NCBI GenBank assembly: GCA_030765185.1
Contig: JAVCDE010000024.1
Location: forward strand, 379,538 to 443,537
Length of the DNA stretch: 64,000 nt
Source: Candidatus Aceula meridiana
Lineage (GTDB): Bacteria > Omnitrophota > Gorgyraeia > Zapsychrales > Aceulaceae
Direction of reading: 5' to 3'
Shown here: piece by piece, positions 19,463 to 30,400 of the stretch
Layout of the letters: every line of letters starts with the position of its first letter
Position numbering within the stretch: the stretch's first letter is position 1
Notes under the pieces: generated by a model
Databases searched by the model: none
What the model saw: only the letters and a program-made list of their open reading frames with translations
What the model was told of the DNA's origin: nothing
Program-made: the position numbers and the translations under genes

Positions 19463-20718
19463 GTCTTTTTCCCTTTCGTTTTTATCTTACCCGGAACTCC
19501 GACAATAAGCTTCCCTGACGGAACCCTTTTACCTCTTGTGACAACACACCCGGCGCCTGTTTTTGCTTTTTTACCAATGGTCGCAGGAGCAATTAAAATT
19601 GTATCTGACCCGACAAAAGCCTCGTCTCCAATGTGTGTAATATTTTTATTTTTCCCATCGTAATTAGCAGTCACTGTCCCGGCGCCAATATTTACTTTTT
19701 TCCCAACGCGGGCATCACCTAAAAATCCAAAATGTTTCATAAGGCTTTTCTGACCAATATGCGTGCGAGAAACTTCAGCAAAATTTCCTATCTGTACGCC
19801 GTCTTTGAGACGAGTCCCAGGACGAATATGACAAAATGGCCCAATCGTACATCCTTTTCCGATCACGACATCTTTTTCAATAACAACACAAGGTTGAATA
19901 GTCGTATCACGGCCAATCTTCACTTTGCTATCAATATAAGCAGTTTTTGGATCAACAATTGTAACGCCTTGGCGCATTAATTTCTTTAAAATGTTTTCTC
20001 TCAAAATTGCTCCTGCCTGAGCTAATTGTTCACGACTATTGATGCCTAATCCTTCAAATGCATTTTCTGTTGTTACGGCCTCAACTTTTTTGCCAACCTT
20101 TGCTAAAAGCTCAACGATATCTGTTAAATAATATTCGCGCTTTACAGGGTTAACTTTAATTTTATTAACAAAAGAAAATAGCTCTTTGGACTTAAAAACA
20201 TAAACACCAACATTGATTTCGCAAATCTTCTTTTCACTTACGCTTGCATCTTTTTCTTCGCGAATAGCAATCGGGCTTCCCAGTGCGCTGCGGACAATAC
20301 GCCCATATCCTAACGGATTGTTTATCTTTGCTGTTAAAACTGTGCAAGCAGCTTTTGTTTTGCGATGTTTGCGCACAATCTTTTGTAATGTCTCTTTTGC
20401 CAAAAGTGGCGTGTCTCCACAGACAATTAAAACATCACCAGCATATTTATAAAAAAATTTCTGGGCACTTTTAATAGCATCAGCTGTACCCAAAAGCCTT
20501 TTTTGATAAACACACACGGCCTTTGAGCCAAGATGCTCAGCTACTTTATCAGCCTTGTGCCCTAAGACTACAAAGGCTTTTGCCTTGATAGCTATAACAG
20601 CGTCTAAAACATAATCAATGAGCGATTTTCCGCATACCTCGTGCAAAACCTTAGGCACATCTGACTTCATGCGTGTGCCTTTTCCTGCTGCTAAAATAAT
20701 CGCTTTAAGCTCTGCCAT
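19459..20718 (-). CDS. glmU: Bifunctional GlcNAc-1-P uridyltransferase / GlcN-1-P acetyltransferase GlmU
   Basis: N-terminal nucleotidyltransferase LAAGKGTRMKSDVPKVLH and a C-terminal left-handed beta-helix acetyltransferase. Sits in the conserved glmU-prs-rplY-pth order. Confidence 0.9.
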   Translation of the reverse strand: MAELKAIILAAGKGTRMKSDVPKVLHEVCGKSLIDYVLDAVIAIKAKAFVVLGHKADKVAEHLGSKAVCVYQKRLLGTADAIKSAQKFFYKYAGDVLIVCGDTPLLAKETLQKIVRKHRKTKAACTVLTAKINNPLGYGRIVRSALGSPIAIREEKDASVSEKKICEINVGVYVFKSKELFSFVNKIKVNPVKREYYLTDIVELLAKVGKKVEAVTTENAFEGLGINSREQLAQAGAILRENILKKLMRQGVTIVDPKTAYIDSKVKIGRDTTIQPCVVIEKDVVIGKGCTIGPFCHIRPGTRLKDGVQIGNFAEVSRTHIGQKSLMKHFGFLGDARVGKKVNIGAGTVTANYDGKNKNITHIGDEAFVGSDTILIAPATIGKKAKTGAGCVVTRGKRVPSGKLIVGVPGKIKTKGKKT

Positions 20719-20745
20719 ATATAAAAATTGCTACCTAAAATTAAA

Positions 20746-20816
20746 CTGCCCAGCCAGGATTCGAACCTGGAAAACAAGATCCAAATTCTTGCGTGTTGCC
20801 ATTACACCACCGGGCA
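20746..20816 (-). tRNA. tRNA-Gln (anticodon UUG)
   Basis: Cloverleaf folded by eye: acceptor UGCCCGG/CUGGGCA with discriminator G, D arm GUGU/ACAC and anticodon stem CAAGA/UCUUG. The loop AUUUGGA gives anticodon UUG; T arm CCAGG-UUCGAAU-CCUGG. No encoded CCA. Confidence 0.8.
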
Positions 20817-20912
20817 ATAGTTATAAAATTATCAAAGATGTTTCGCTTTAAACCTCGCGGAGACGGAACACCGCCAATGCAATAAATTACTATTATTAAA
20901 TTCTTTATAAAA

Positions 20913-21371
20913 CTACTCTGTAGTCTCACCCTCAGAAACATCAACACTGTCTAAAATAGATGTTTCTTTCTCAGCTGTCTTATCGCCTTGCTTACCGCCT
21001 TCTTTGGCCTCTTTTTGATAAGCCTCAAGAACTTTAGTTTGCAGATATTCACGAAATTCCTTTGTTACCGGATGCGCGATATCGCGATGCTCGGCTTTAG
21101 CATCTTCGCCTCGCACATTTGAGGATTCATGAGGGGCAATAGCGGCTGCACAATGATTGCAGAACTTGCTTCCTGCCTCATTTCTAAAATGACACTTCTC
21201 ACAAGAAAGTTTAACTTTTCTCGACGGCATTGCAATAAAAAGCCCGTTAGAGCTTTGGATGACTTTGATATTCCTGACAACAAAACAATTGTCAAATGTC
21301 ACCGTTGTATATGCCTTCAGCTTTTTGTCCTGCCCATCCTTTAAAAATACACGAATTTCAGTAATTTCCAT
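20913..21371 (-). CDS. spoVG: SpoVG-family protein carrying an inserted C4 zinc-ribbon and an acidic C-terminal tail
   Basis: MEITEIRVFL...KLKAYTTVTFDNCFVVRNIKVIQSSNGLFIAMPSRK, then the insert KLSCEKCHFRNEAGSKFCNHCAAAIAPH, then the conserved RDIAHPVTKEFREYLQTKVLEAY. Confidence 0.75.
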   Translation of the reverse strand: MEITEIRVFLKDGQDKKLKAYTTVTFDNCFVVRNIKVIQSSNGLFIAMPSRKVKLSCEKCHFRNEAGSKFCNHCAAAIAPHESSNVRGEDAKAEHRDIAHPVTKEFREYLQTKVLEAYQKEAKEGGKQGDKTAEKETSILDSVDVSEGETTE

Positions 21372-21403
21372 TGGTTGTTCCTCCTCCAGTTATAAGGGTA
21401 TCC

Positions 21404-22261
21404 CTACAACGTCCTTAAGGCAAACACCTGGGCGTAGTGTTTAGATAAAATCGATTTTAATTGCTTGGCTTTGTGTTCGGATTCAACGAGACCAAATAGG
21501 GACGGTCCGCTTCCAGAAAAAATCACTTTGGTGCCAATCATTTTCTCGATGTTCTTCTTTATCTGTAGCAATTTTGGATGGGCATGCACAATCGATGCCT
21601 CCAAATCATTTGAGAGGAGTGCACTCACCTTGGCTACGCTCCCTTTCTTCAATGTGCGAGTAAGGATATTAACATTATCGTATCTTTTTGTCAACTTCAA
21701 TTTAAATGCCCTAAATACCTCGCGCGAATACACTTTGATGCGTGGAATAACCACAATATGCCACATTTTTTTGCTTAAATCGGCCTTTTTTAGCTCATCT
21801 CCGCGCCCTTTTCCTATTGCATACTTATAGGTATATATAAATAGGGGAACATCTGCTCCAAGCTTTTTCGCATAAAAGACAAGCTCCCCCTCTTTAAGCC
21901 CTAGTTTCCAAATTTTATTAAGCCCCAAAAGGGTTGTGGCCCCATTGCTAGAGCCTCCGGCTAGTCCTGCAGCCACCGGAATACGTTTTTTAATATGGAT
22001 ATCTGCACCGCAACTTAAAGCAAAATCTTGCTGCAAAAGTTTTGCGGCCTTATAAGCTAAGTTTCTTGGGCCTATGGGAACAGCCGGATGCGCACAAAAA
22101 ACACGAATTCTTTTAGATTGCGTACGTGTTAAACGCACCTCATCACAAAGGTCAACCTTCTCAAAAAGAGTGGAAAGATTATGATATCCGTCTAAGCGTT
22201 TGTTGATAACTTTTAAGGTAAGATTTAATTTAGCGGGAGAAAAAAGGCAAATGCTTTTCAT
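21404..22261 (-). CDS. ispE: 4-diphosphocytidyl-2-C-methyl-D-erythritol kinase
   Basis: GHMP kinase motifs (PAKLNLTLKV, PVAAGLAGGSSNGATTL). ispE-spoVG synteny as in Firmicutes. Confidence 0.85.
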   Translation of the reverse strand: MKSICLFSPAKLNLTLKVINKRLDGYHNLSTLFEKVDLCDEVRLTRTQSKRIRVFCAHPAVPIGPRNLAYKAAKLLQQDFALSCGADIHIKKRIPVAAGLAGGSSNGATTLLGLNKIWKLGLKEGELVFYAKKLGADVPLFIYTYKYAIGKGRGDELKKADLSKKMWHIVVIPRIKVYSREVFRAFKLKLTKRYDNVNILTRTLKKGSVAKVSALLSNDLEASIVHAHPKLLQIKKNIEKMIGTKVIFSGSGPSLFGLVESEHKAKQLKSILSKHYAQVFALRTL

Positions 22262-22295
22262 AAATAACTTTCGCGAACAAGCTTAAAAGCAAGTC

Positions 22296-23273
22296 TTAGG
22301 GTGTCTGGTTTTCTTGAATCTTCTTTAAAACATTCTCTTGGTCGGGGAGCATCTCAAGAGATTTTTCCCAATTTTCCAAAGCCTTCTGAGGTTTTTTCAA
22401 TCCTAAATACGCGTCGCCTAAGTGGTCATAGACAATGGGGTCTTCAATAAATTTAATGGCGCGCTCTAAAAATAAAACAGCCTTTTCATAATCGCCTTGT
22501 TTATAATAAACCCAACCCATGCTATCTAAGTAAGCACCATTTTCAGGGTCGACCTCTAACGATCGCTTGACAAGCTCTCGAGCTTCACCAAGATTAATGC
22601 CGTCTTCCGCATACATATACCCTAAAGAATTCAAGCTCCCATCGTGCTTAGGATTATTCTTGATCGAACGTTTGAAAAACTCAATGGCTTTTTTACGATT
22701 TGGAACTTCTAAAAACAAAGACCCCAAGATAGACAAAATTTCTGCATCATTGGAATTAAGGGTGAGGACTTTTTCAAATTGTTCAATCGCAGGGGTGATT
22801 CGCCCTTGCGAATAATAAAGCTGCCCTAAATAGGCATAACCTTCACTGCTATCAGGATCTTTCTCGATAACTTTTTGAAGGATTAATTCATATTCATCAG
22901 TGGCTTCTTCTTCTTTAGATTGAGAAGAATAAATAATGGCAAGTAAATAATGGGCTTGGACGTCTTTAGGTCTCAGGGTTGCGGCTTTTTTAAGCTGCAC
23001 GACAGCCTTTTCAAAATCGCCTAGGCGGCCATAACTGGCACCTAGGCGAAGAGCAACAGAATAATTATCACTTTCAATTTGCGTGGCTTTTTCTAAAGAC
23101 TCGACAGCTTTATCGAGTGAGCCATTCCAGTCATAAATCAAGCCCATCGTATAATGCGCAAGGGTTTGCGCTTTGTCATCGATATCTTGGACAAAAAGCG
23201 TGTCATAGGCAAAAGCAGAAAAAGCAGTTGCCAGAAAAAAGGTGCTTAAGATAACACAAACAAATAGACGCAT
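22296..23273 (-). CDS. Secreted tetratricopeptide-repeat (TPR) protein
   Basis: Signal peptide followed by repeated W-LG-Y-G-A-F--A---P TPR units throughout 325 aa. Confidence 0.7.
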   Translation of the reverse strand: MRLFVCVILSTFFLATAFSAFAYDTLFVQDIDDKAQTLAHYTMGLIYDWNGSLDKAVESLEKATQIESDNYSVALRLGASYGRLGDFEKAVVQLKKAATLRPKDVQAHYLLAIIYSSQSKEEEATDEYELILQKVIEKDPDSSEGYAYLGQLYYSQGRITPAIEQFEKVLTLNSNDAEILSILGSLFLEVPNRKKAIEFFKRSIKNNPKHDGSLNSLGYMYAEDGINLGEARELVKRSLEVDPENGAYLDSMGWVYYKQGDYEKAVLFLERAIKFIEDPIVYDHLGDAYLGLKKPQKALENWEKSLEMLPDQENVLKKIQENQTP

Positions 23274-23287
23274 CTTAACTCTTTATC

Positions 23288-23389
23288 TTATTTATGGTCG
23301 CGTTTCTTCAAATGGCGAAGAGATTTTCTTAATTTTTTTCTCTTATGAGTTGTAATCTTTTTTCTTTTTTTCTTTTTTCCGCAAGGCAT
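23288..23389 (-). CDS. 33-aa ultra-basic small protein MPCGKKKKRKKITTHKRKKLRKSLRHLKKRDHK (candidate bS22-like small ribosomal protein)
   Basis: Own translation of the gap between the TPR gene and hisG; it is not in the ORF track (<60 aa). Its composition and the KKRKK...HKRKKL...R pattern resemble the bS22 family (actinobacterial/Bacteroidetes bS22: ..KKRRKRM.KKKHRKLL..TR.QRR). Confidence 0.4.
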   Translation of the reverse strand: MPCGKKKKRKKITTHKRKKLRKSLRHLKKRDHK

Positions 23390-23408
23390 AACTTGTTTTC
23401 CTCAAGGG

Positions 23409-24299
23409 TTAATAAATAACTTTGTTTAATGGATACTCAATAATTCCTTTTGCCCCGGCGTCTTTAAGCTTTGGAATAATATTGCGTACAACGCTTTCGG
23501 GGATAACCGTTTCAATCGCAACCCAACCTGCTTCAGCTAAAGGAGCAATGGTTGGATTTTCTAAAGATGGAAGCAGGCTAATTGCTTTCATCAAATCTTT
23601 TTCTTTAAGGTTCATTTTAAGGCCAACCATATTTTCAGCTTCAAGGGCACCCTTTAAAAGCATAACAATTTGCTCCATCTTTTTTGCTTTCCAGGCATCT
23701 TGTATAGTCTTTTTGTTAGCAATAAATTGCGTAACAGACTCACATACTGTTGCAACAATGCGCAGATTATTAGCTTTAAGGCTGCTGCCTGTCTCGGTAA
23801 GCTCGACGACAGCATCAACTAAGCCAGATGTTACTTTAGCTTCGGTAGCCCCCCAAGAAAATTCTACATCAGCTTTAACTTTGTTCTTTTTTAAGTAACC
23901 TTTAGTCGCATTGACAAGTTCTGTGGCGATGCGTTTGCCCTGCAAGCCTTTGACAGACTTGATTGATGAAGCTTCCGGCACAGCTAATACCCAACGTACT
24001 TTGTTCGTGCTTTGTTTGGCGTAGCAAAGGTCGGCTAAACCTACAACTTTAGAGTTGTTTTCGACAATCCAGTCCGCGCCTGTAATGCCGCAATCGAGCG
24101 TTCCATCTTCAACATAGCGCGACATCTCCTGTGCACGCAAAAGCACACATTCAATCTCACCATCATCAATGGCCGGAAAATAAGAACGGCTTGAAACATG
24201 CACTTTGAATCCTGCCTTTTCAAACAGCTTGATAGTGGCTTCTTGGAGACTTCCTTTTGGAAGTCCTAATTTTAATTTTCTCATGAGGATACCCTTCAT
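23409..24299 (-). CDS. hisG: ATP phosphoribosyltransferase, long form with C-terminal regulatory domain
   Basis: [26 protein letters not shown]..., ...[12 protein letters not shown] and ...[10 protein letters not shown]. It is 296 aa and no other his genes are adjacent. Confidence 0.85.
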   Translation of the reverse strand: MKGILMRKLKLGLPKGSLQEATIKLFEKAGFKVHVSSRSYFPAIDDGEIECVLLRAQEMSRYVEDGTLDCGITGADWIVENNSKVVGLADLCYAKQSTNKVRWVLAVPEASSIKSVKGLQGKRIATELVNATKGYLKKNKVKADVEFSWGATEAKVTSGLVDAVVELTETGSSLKANNLRIVATVCESVTQFIANKKTIQDAWKAKKMEQIVMLLKGALEAENMVGLKMNLKEKDLMKAISLLPSLENPTIAPLAEAGWVAIETVIPESVVRNIIPKLKDAGAKGIIEYPLNKVIY

Positions 24300-24369
24300 T
24301 TAATAAAATTCGATACTAATATAACTATAATAGTATATCAAAAGTGAAGTGAATTATACATGGAGTTTT

Positions 24370-24416
24370 GTAAAAAGTAAAGGGAAGAAAACTTGAGCCT
24401 AATTTAAATAGCTCAA
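24370..24416 (-). terminator. Putative intrinsic terminator of the giant gene (stem UUGAGC/GCUCAA spanning its last codons and stop, followed by GUUUUCUUCCCUUUACUUUUU)
   Basis: Read from the sequence. The 6-bp stem has a 12-nt loop and a U-rich tract on the minus-strand RNA. Confidence 0.35.
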
Positions 24417-27400
24417 CTCTTTGGGTTCATCGGCCTCTATCTCCTGCGCCCACTCACTATCATCAAAATCTTCCTTATTAAGGCCCATTAAAGTCCAAAT
24501 ATTCGTGACAGGCGTAATATTAATAATAACAGGCACAAAACCTTCAATATTGTTAAAGTCTATGCCTTGGAGTTCTACCGGCAGTTCAAACTCAACCCCT
24601 TCGCCTTGGATTTGAAGATCAAGGGCTTGCGGGTTGAAGTCGATACCACCAGGGGCCGAGGAAAGTTCAGCAGCAGACAAATCCCGTAAAGGCTTATTTG
24701 CAATCTCAATAAGTGCATCAAGATATCTTTCGGTAATCAGCCTATCAATGACAACATATGGCCTACCCTTCAAAACACCATCTTTATCCTTAACCGATAT
24801 TTCTGCAGAATGCCATTGGATTAAATTTAATATCCTTCTCTGAAACTGATTCGAGTCTTCGAAATCTAATGCAAAAGTTGTATATGGAAATAAATAATCA
24901 TCCCTAGTCATCAGCTGTTGTTCCTTCAATCCTGAATCATAATCTACGAAGATCGTCACAGGAACACTTGGTTCGTTATCTTCTATACGATATCCATAAT
25001 GAAAAGTTTCCGAAACCGCCTTAATAAACTTCTTAAAAAATAGTTCAGCAACTTCCTTCTCAGTTGAGATAGACCCCTCAAATAAAGGAACTCTTTTCTT
25101 TGATTCCTCATTATGTTTCTTTTTTATTAATTCCAAAAACCCTGGCTTAATAATCATTGCATGCCCTGTATGTCTGAATTCTGTCATTCTCGCTACACGC
25201 TCTGCTGCCAAAACATGGATGGCAATCGTCTTATCTAATATGCGCGCCAACTCCAATATTTTTGCAACCATTCTCTCCTCAAACATTTTATCCGCACTTA
25301 CTTCCACACCTGAAACGGGAGAGAAATAATCCACGGTTGGCTGCTTCCCTACTAAATCAAAATTCATACCCAGGCTTTCCAAATATTTCTTCGCCTCAAA
25401 AGTCGCCTTTTGCACAGAAGTAGCTGCTATACCGCCAGATTTTCTCACCTCCGCAGATACCGTTGGGCTAGTCTTGCCCTTGACCCAAATTTTACATACA
25501 TCCGGCAAAAGAAAAGCTTTTGCATCATCGCCTGTCCTAGTCGGAGGGCCGGAAGGTCCAAGGTTCACATTCAAAATATCAAAAAATCCTAATTCTTTTT
25601 CCTGCGGCCCATGCAGCAGATCTACCTGCCGCAACATCACGACAGAATCACCCTCGTTGATAAGAACTTCTTCTATAATCTTTTGAACGATCTGCAAAGA
25701 TTTCTCGTATTGATTGTCTCCGGGCCAAACGACAAAATTCAAAAGCCCCTTAAACAAAAGCACCTTCTTGCCGGATATAATTTTTAATTCTGCAATATAG
25801 CTCTCTGCATCATCAATAAAATTCTTAGCCGTTCTATCAACCAGATTAACTCTCTCTGCCAAAGGCACACCAAGGTTGCGGCTAATCAACTCTTCTCCTC
25901 GGTCAAAATCATTTTGATCCTTGTTTATAGGAAAAGTCTTTCTAAAAATCGCTGGGATAGAATCGGCACCGCTGACCGGATAAATATAAGTAGTATTCTC
26001 TCCGAAATAATCCGATAAAGCTTTCATGAGATCAAAATATGCCTGTACTTCTATTTTTTCTTTTTCCGTCTTACCTCTCTCCGGTTTTCCTAAGACATTT
26101 TTTACGAGATTAATCGCATCCCGATATTTTTGTAGCGCTGCATTTACATACTCAATATTTCCCTTGATGCCTAATGGCTCGTTCTCATTCATCAGCGAGA
26201 AATTGGTTCCTTCCGAATCCGTTGCTGAACCCTCCGCCCCCTGCGCAGGCGACGAAATACTTTCCCCCTGCACGAAGTCGCTCTTTTCTCCTCCAAATGG
26301 CGAAGGCCTTATATCATTTGTATTTTCACCACTTGAACTGTTTTGAGGAAGATCAGGCTCATCCTTAACAAATCTTCTTAAATATTCAAATGCAATATGA
26401 ATAGCAGATAATTGATCATGAGCTTCTTTATACTCAGAATTCTCTCCGGTTTTCATCTCATCTAAACCTAATCTTGTCTGTATTTGATCGGGCGACCTTT
26501 CTTCTTTATACATTTCCTTTACTTTTGCGTTTCTTGTTCTTTTTAAACCTTTTAAATTTCCAGGTATTTCGTCTAGACCCAAAACAGCCAATGAATTTTG
26601 ATACATTTCATTATCCTTTGTGAAGCCATCACTATCATATCCTGACTGTTCACCTTGAGAATATGATCCTCTGGAATAATCTCTAACCGACTCATACACT
26701 TCATCCATAAAAACATTTAAATTTCTTAAATCTGTAATGCGTTCTTTATTTCTTCGCATAACATCACCTAAGGCTCTATAAAAATGATCCTGCTGACCAT
26801 CAAACCGATGTTCAAGAGAAACAAAAGCATTAACAATAACCTCTAAACTTGATAGATCCGTAATTAAGTGCTGCAAAACCATTACTCCATCGCTGAGAAG
26901 ATCATAATTTTTTCTATCTCTGTATCGCAGCCTTAGAAAAGCATCTAACAATATTTTACTCATAGTCCTATAGTCATCCTCAGAATCCAAAATAGCAACA
27001 ATATCACTTGCGCCATGTTCAATAATCTTCCAAGCTTCATCGCCTGCATCAACACTAGTTTCAACAATAGCTGGCCAGAATTGCCTAAAACGATCTTCTC
27101 CTAATCTTCTAGACAAAACACTTAAACTGCGAAAAAGTATTTCTTCGCTATCTGTAGCAGATTCTCTCATTCGAGCTAATTCAGAACCTACACTCAGCAC
27201 ATCCTCTGAGCTATTAATTAAAGAAACTGCTGCTTTAAGTCCTCCAGAAAAAGCATTAAATGTCTTACCCGAGCCAAGCCTTTGAGCTAATAACAATAAT
27301 TGGTCTCCTACAGATTTAAGAGATTCCTCGTCTTGAACTAAGTGTTTCAGATTTCCGATTCCATAATTTAATATATGAGGTGCGTATTCGCCTGCCTTAT

Positions 27401-30400
27401 TAACTAAATCTTTTGTAGAAGCCCAAGACTGACGAAAGGCTTCGTCTCCAAGTATTTTTCTCAAATTTCCCAATCCCCGAAAAACGTCACTTCTTTCATC
27501 TTCAGATATCTGTAGTCCAATAAGCTCATCAGCCATAGGAACAATTCCATCCAAGCTATCGATTAGGATGTTAACCACTTCAAATCCAGTTCCTAAAATC
27601 TGCCAATCACCCTTTTGATGAACTTTAATTAGTTCTTCACCAGCTTTTTTTAATTCAGGAATTGTTGTTATCAAATTCTTAATACTCTCAAGTGTCGCAC
27701 TAATCGTCCATTCATCATGTTGACCAAAAATATTTTGTAATTCTCTCATCACCGATTTTAAATCCTCATTAGTATTTACTAAAGGTCCCATTGCATTAAG
27801 AGTTTTAAATGCATTAAACCCTGCTGTCTCTTTATACTGTAAAAATTCATCTATCAATCTATTAAATCCATCAAAATCGTCATACAATGTTTTATATGTT
27901 TCAGCAACACTAAATAACCAACTTGCATTGTCTCCAAATCTTTTCTCGCTCTCAATGAGAGCCTGTCCGCGAACTCTTAATTCTTCTGGTGAATTTACGA
28001 ATGGACTTACAAGAGCGACCCCCCCAAGCAATGTTGGTGATTCATTAAAATGATCACTTGGTTCCATTGAATTATTCGCAAGCTCTAGCAGAACAGCCCC
28101 ATATTGACGCACATCTTCTGGCGTGTGAAGTTTATCCGTAATTCCTGCCAAAGCCGTCATTATTGCCGTTATTTTTTTAACCCCAGCTTCTTCGCCTAAT
28201 TTTACAATCTCAGGCCAAATAGTTTTTAGAGTCTCGCTATCAATACCTTTAAGCAATGTTGGTAAATTTCTTCTAAATAGAGGCTGAGCGCCTCGCCCAG
28301 CTGTATCAGATAATCGCACATAATCTCTCGCAATCTTTCCTGCATCATCAGGATCTTCGTACAACGCCTTAGCGTCTAAAAATGCATTGAAAGAGTCTGC
28401 TCGGGAGTCTGTTCGGGAATTTTTCAAATGTTTCCATGCCTCAATTAGTTCAGGCAGCAAAAGATCTAGCTGTGCAGACGGAAATTCCTCAATCATTCTT
28501 TTAAGCAAATGTCTGAAGAAATATTTACTTTCGCCGCCCACCCAGTCTACTTCCGACCAATCATAAATATCATTAAACATATCAATGCTATGACGTTCAA
28601 CGAGACGATCAAAATCTTTCTTATATTCTGCTATCAATTCCTGAAAATGAGGATTATTGCTAATAAAGTCCCTCTTTCTTCGTTCATTAGAAAGCAAAAG
28701 CGACTGCGCGGGGGTGTGGGCGGAAGAGGAAATCTTTTTTCCATCTTCGGAATAAATAGGCTCAATTATTTTTTCCTCTTCCTTCGCGCTATCAGTAACC
28801 TCGTTCCCCGCCCCGCTCGACGCATGAGCGTCATCAGGATTATAAACTTTTGCTTGAGCATCCTGCCCATCATCAATCGTGCTAGAAGAACCACTTCCAC
28901 TCTGCGCAAGGCGCGCTAAAGCACGATAGAGCGTACTATCGTTACCTTTTAAAGTTATAACTTTCTGAGTAGAATTCTCCCAAAGATGTTGAAATAAAGA
29001 ATTGTATAATTGAGGTCTACTATTTCTTAAAAATTCACACATTTCTTTGAGAGTTTTAGCTTTCGTGGAAGAAACAATAATGTCCGGAACAAAAACCTTG
29101 AAAACTTCTTTAACATGATTATTTGAGCATATTTCGAGAAAGTATTCTTTTGCCTTCTCACCATTCTTAAAATCTCCATCCTTCTCAACAAAGGTTATGT
29201 ACTTGCTAATTAAACTATCTGCAGTTGTTTTCCCACGAACTCCCGTTGGCACGATCGTACTATTTACCCCTACACTAATACTACTATGACTAAGGTCCAA
29301 TACTTCACCTATCATACGTGTTGTAATCTTTCTATCGTATTCATTCTCAAGCCGCTCCGTTAAATATGCGGCAAAACCCCGGGCAAACCAAAAGGTAACC
29401 CCCTTTTCCTTTTCAACGAAATCAATAACATATTGTGCAAACCCTCCTTCCTTTAAGAATTCTTTAATCTCTTCAACCAACTGTGCCTGCGAACGAGAAT
29501 TCTTCACTTGCTCAGTATTCTCCCAATCTTGAGTCAAACTTTTCCTTGGAATATAGGTAATAAACTCTTCTTTCGCTGTAATCCCAATACAGTCTGCAAG
29601 GGCACCTGCAATACTTTTTCCTTGCAGTGTGTCGCACTTTTCAATATTACTAATTCTTTTCTTTCCATTTGTTACTTTAATATTTTTTAAATCTTCCTGT
29701 CCGGCAGATACTGCCTTCCAAAAATCTTCTTGCGACTGAAATCTCTGAAGGCGTATTTGCCTGATCATATCTCCAATCGTAAAACCGTCTTCTTTTCTCA
29801 CATCTTCGAAAAGCTCATCAGCGCTTTTTTCCTTAACGATGCCAAACATTAAAAGCCCTAAAGAACGTGCGAGATCTTCATTAAAAGGAGCGGCCCAATC
29901 TGCAATTTTCTTGATTTCCTGAGGCGCACGAGGAAATAATATCCCTCCTTCTCGCCACAAGCGGATTGTCTCCTGGTGTCTGTCCAAACTCTTACTAATC
30001 AAAAAATTTAACATGCCCGTTTTCTTACAGAGTTCATCAAAGACTTCAGAAAATATATTATGCTCTTTAAAATAATCAGGATCTTCTAAAATAGTATTTT
30101 GTTTTCGCTCAATAAGGTCACGAATAAATTCTTCATCTAAAGGAGACAATATTTTCGATATCTCTTGCTCAAGAGAGTCTTCCCCAGTAAGAAGTTTTTG
30201 TTTCTTGTCAACTCGATAAGCCTCCCACGTGTGAGATTTCATCTGAGGATGAGAGGGCTCGCTACCTTTGGCCAAGGGTTGACCTTGAATTTTATAACCA
30301 GCCAATTCAATAATTTCTTTTGTTCTTTTTATTTCATTCTCAAAAAAGACCTTTCCTCTAGAATCCCCATAATCATTATAATAACCCAAAACAATAACAC

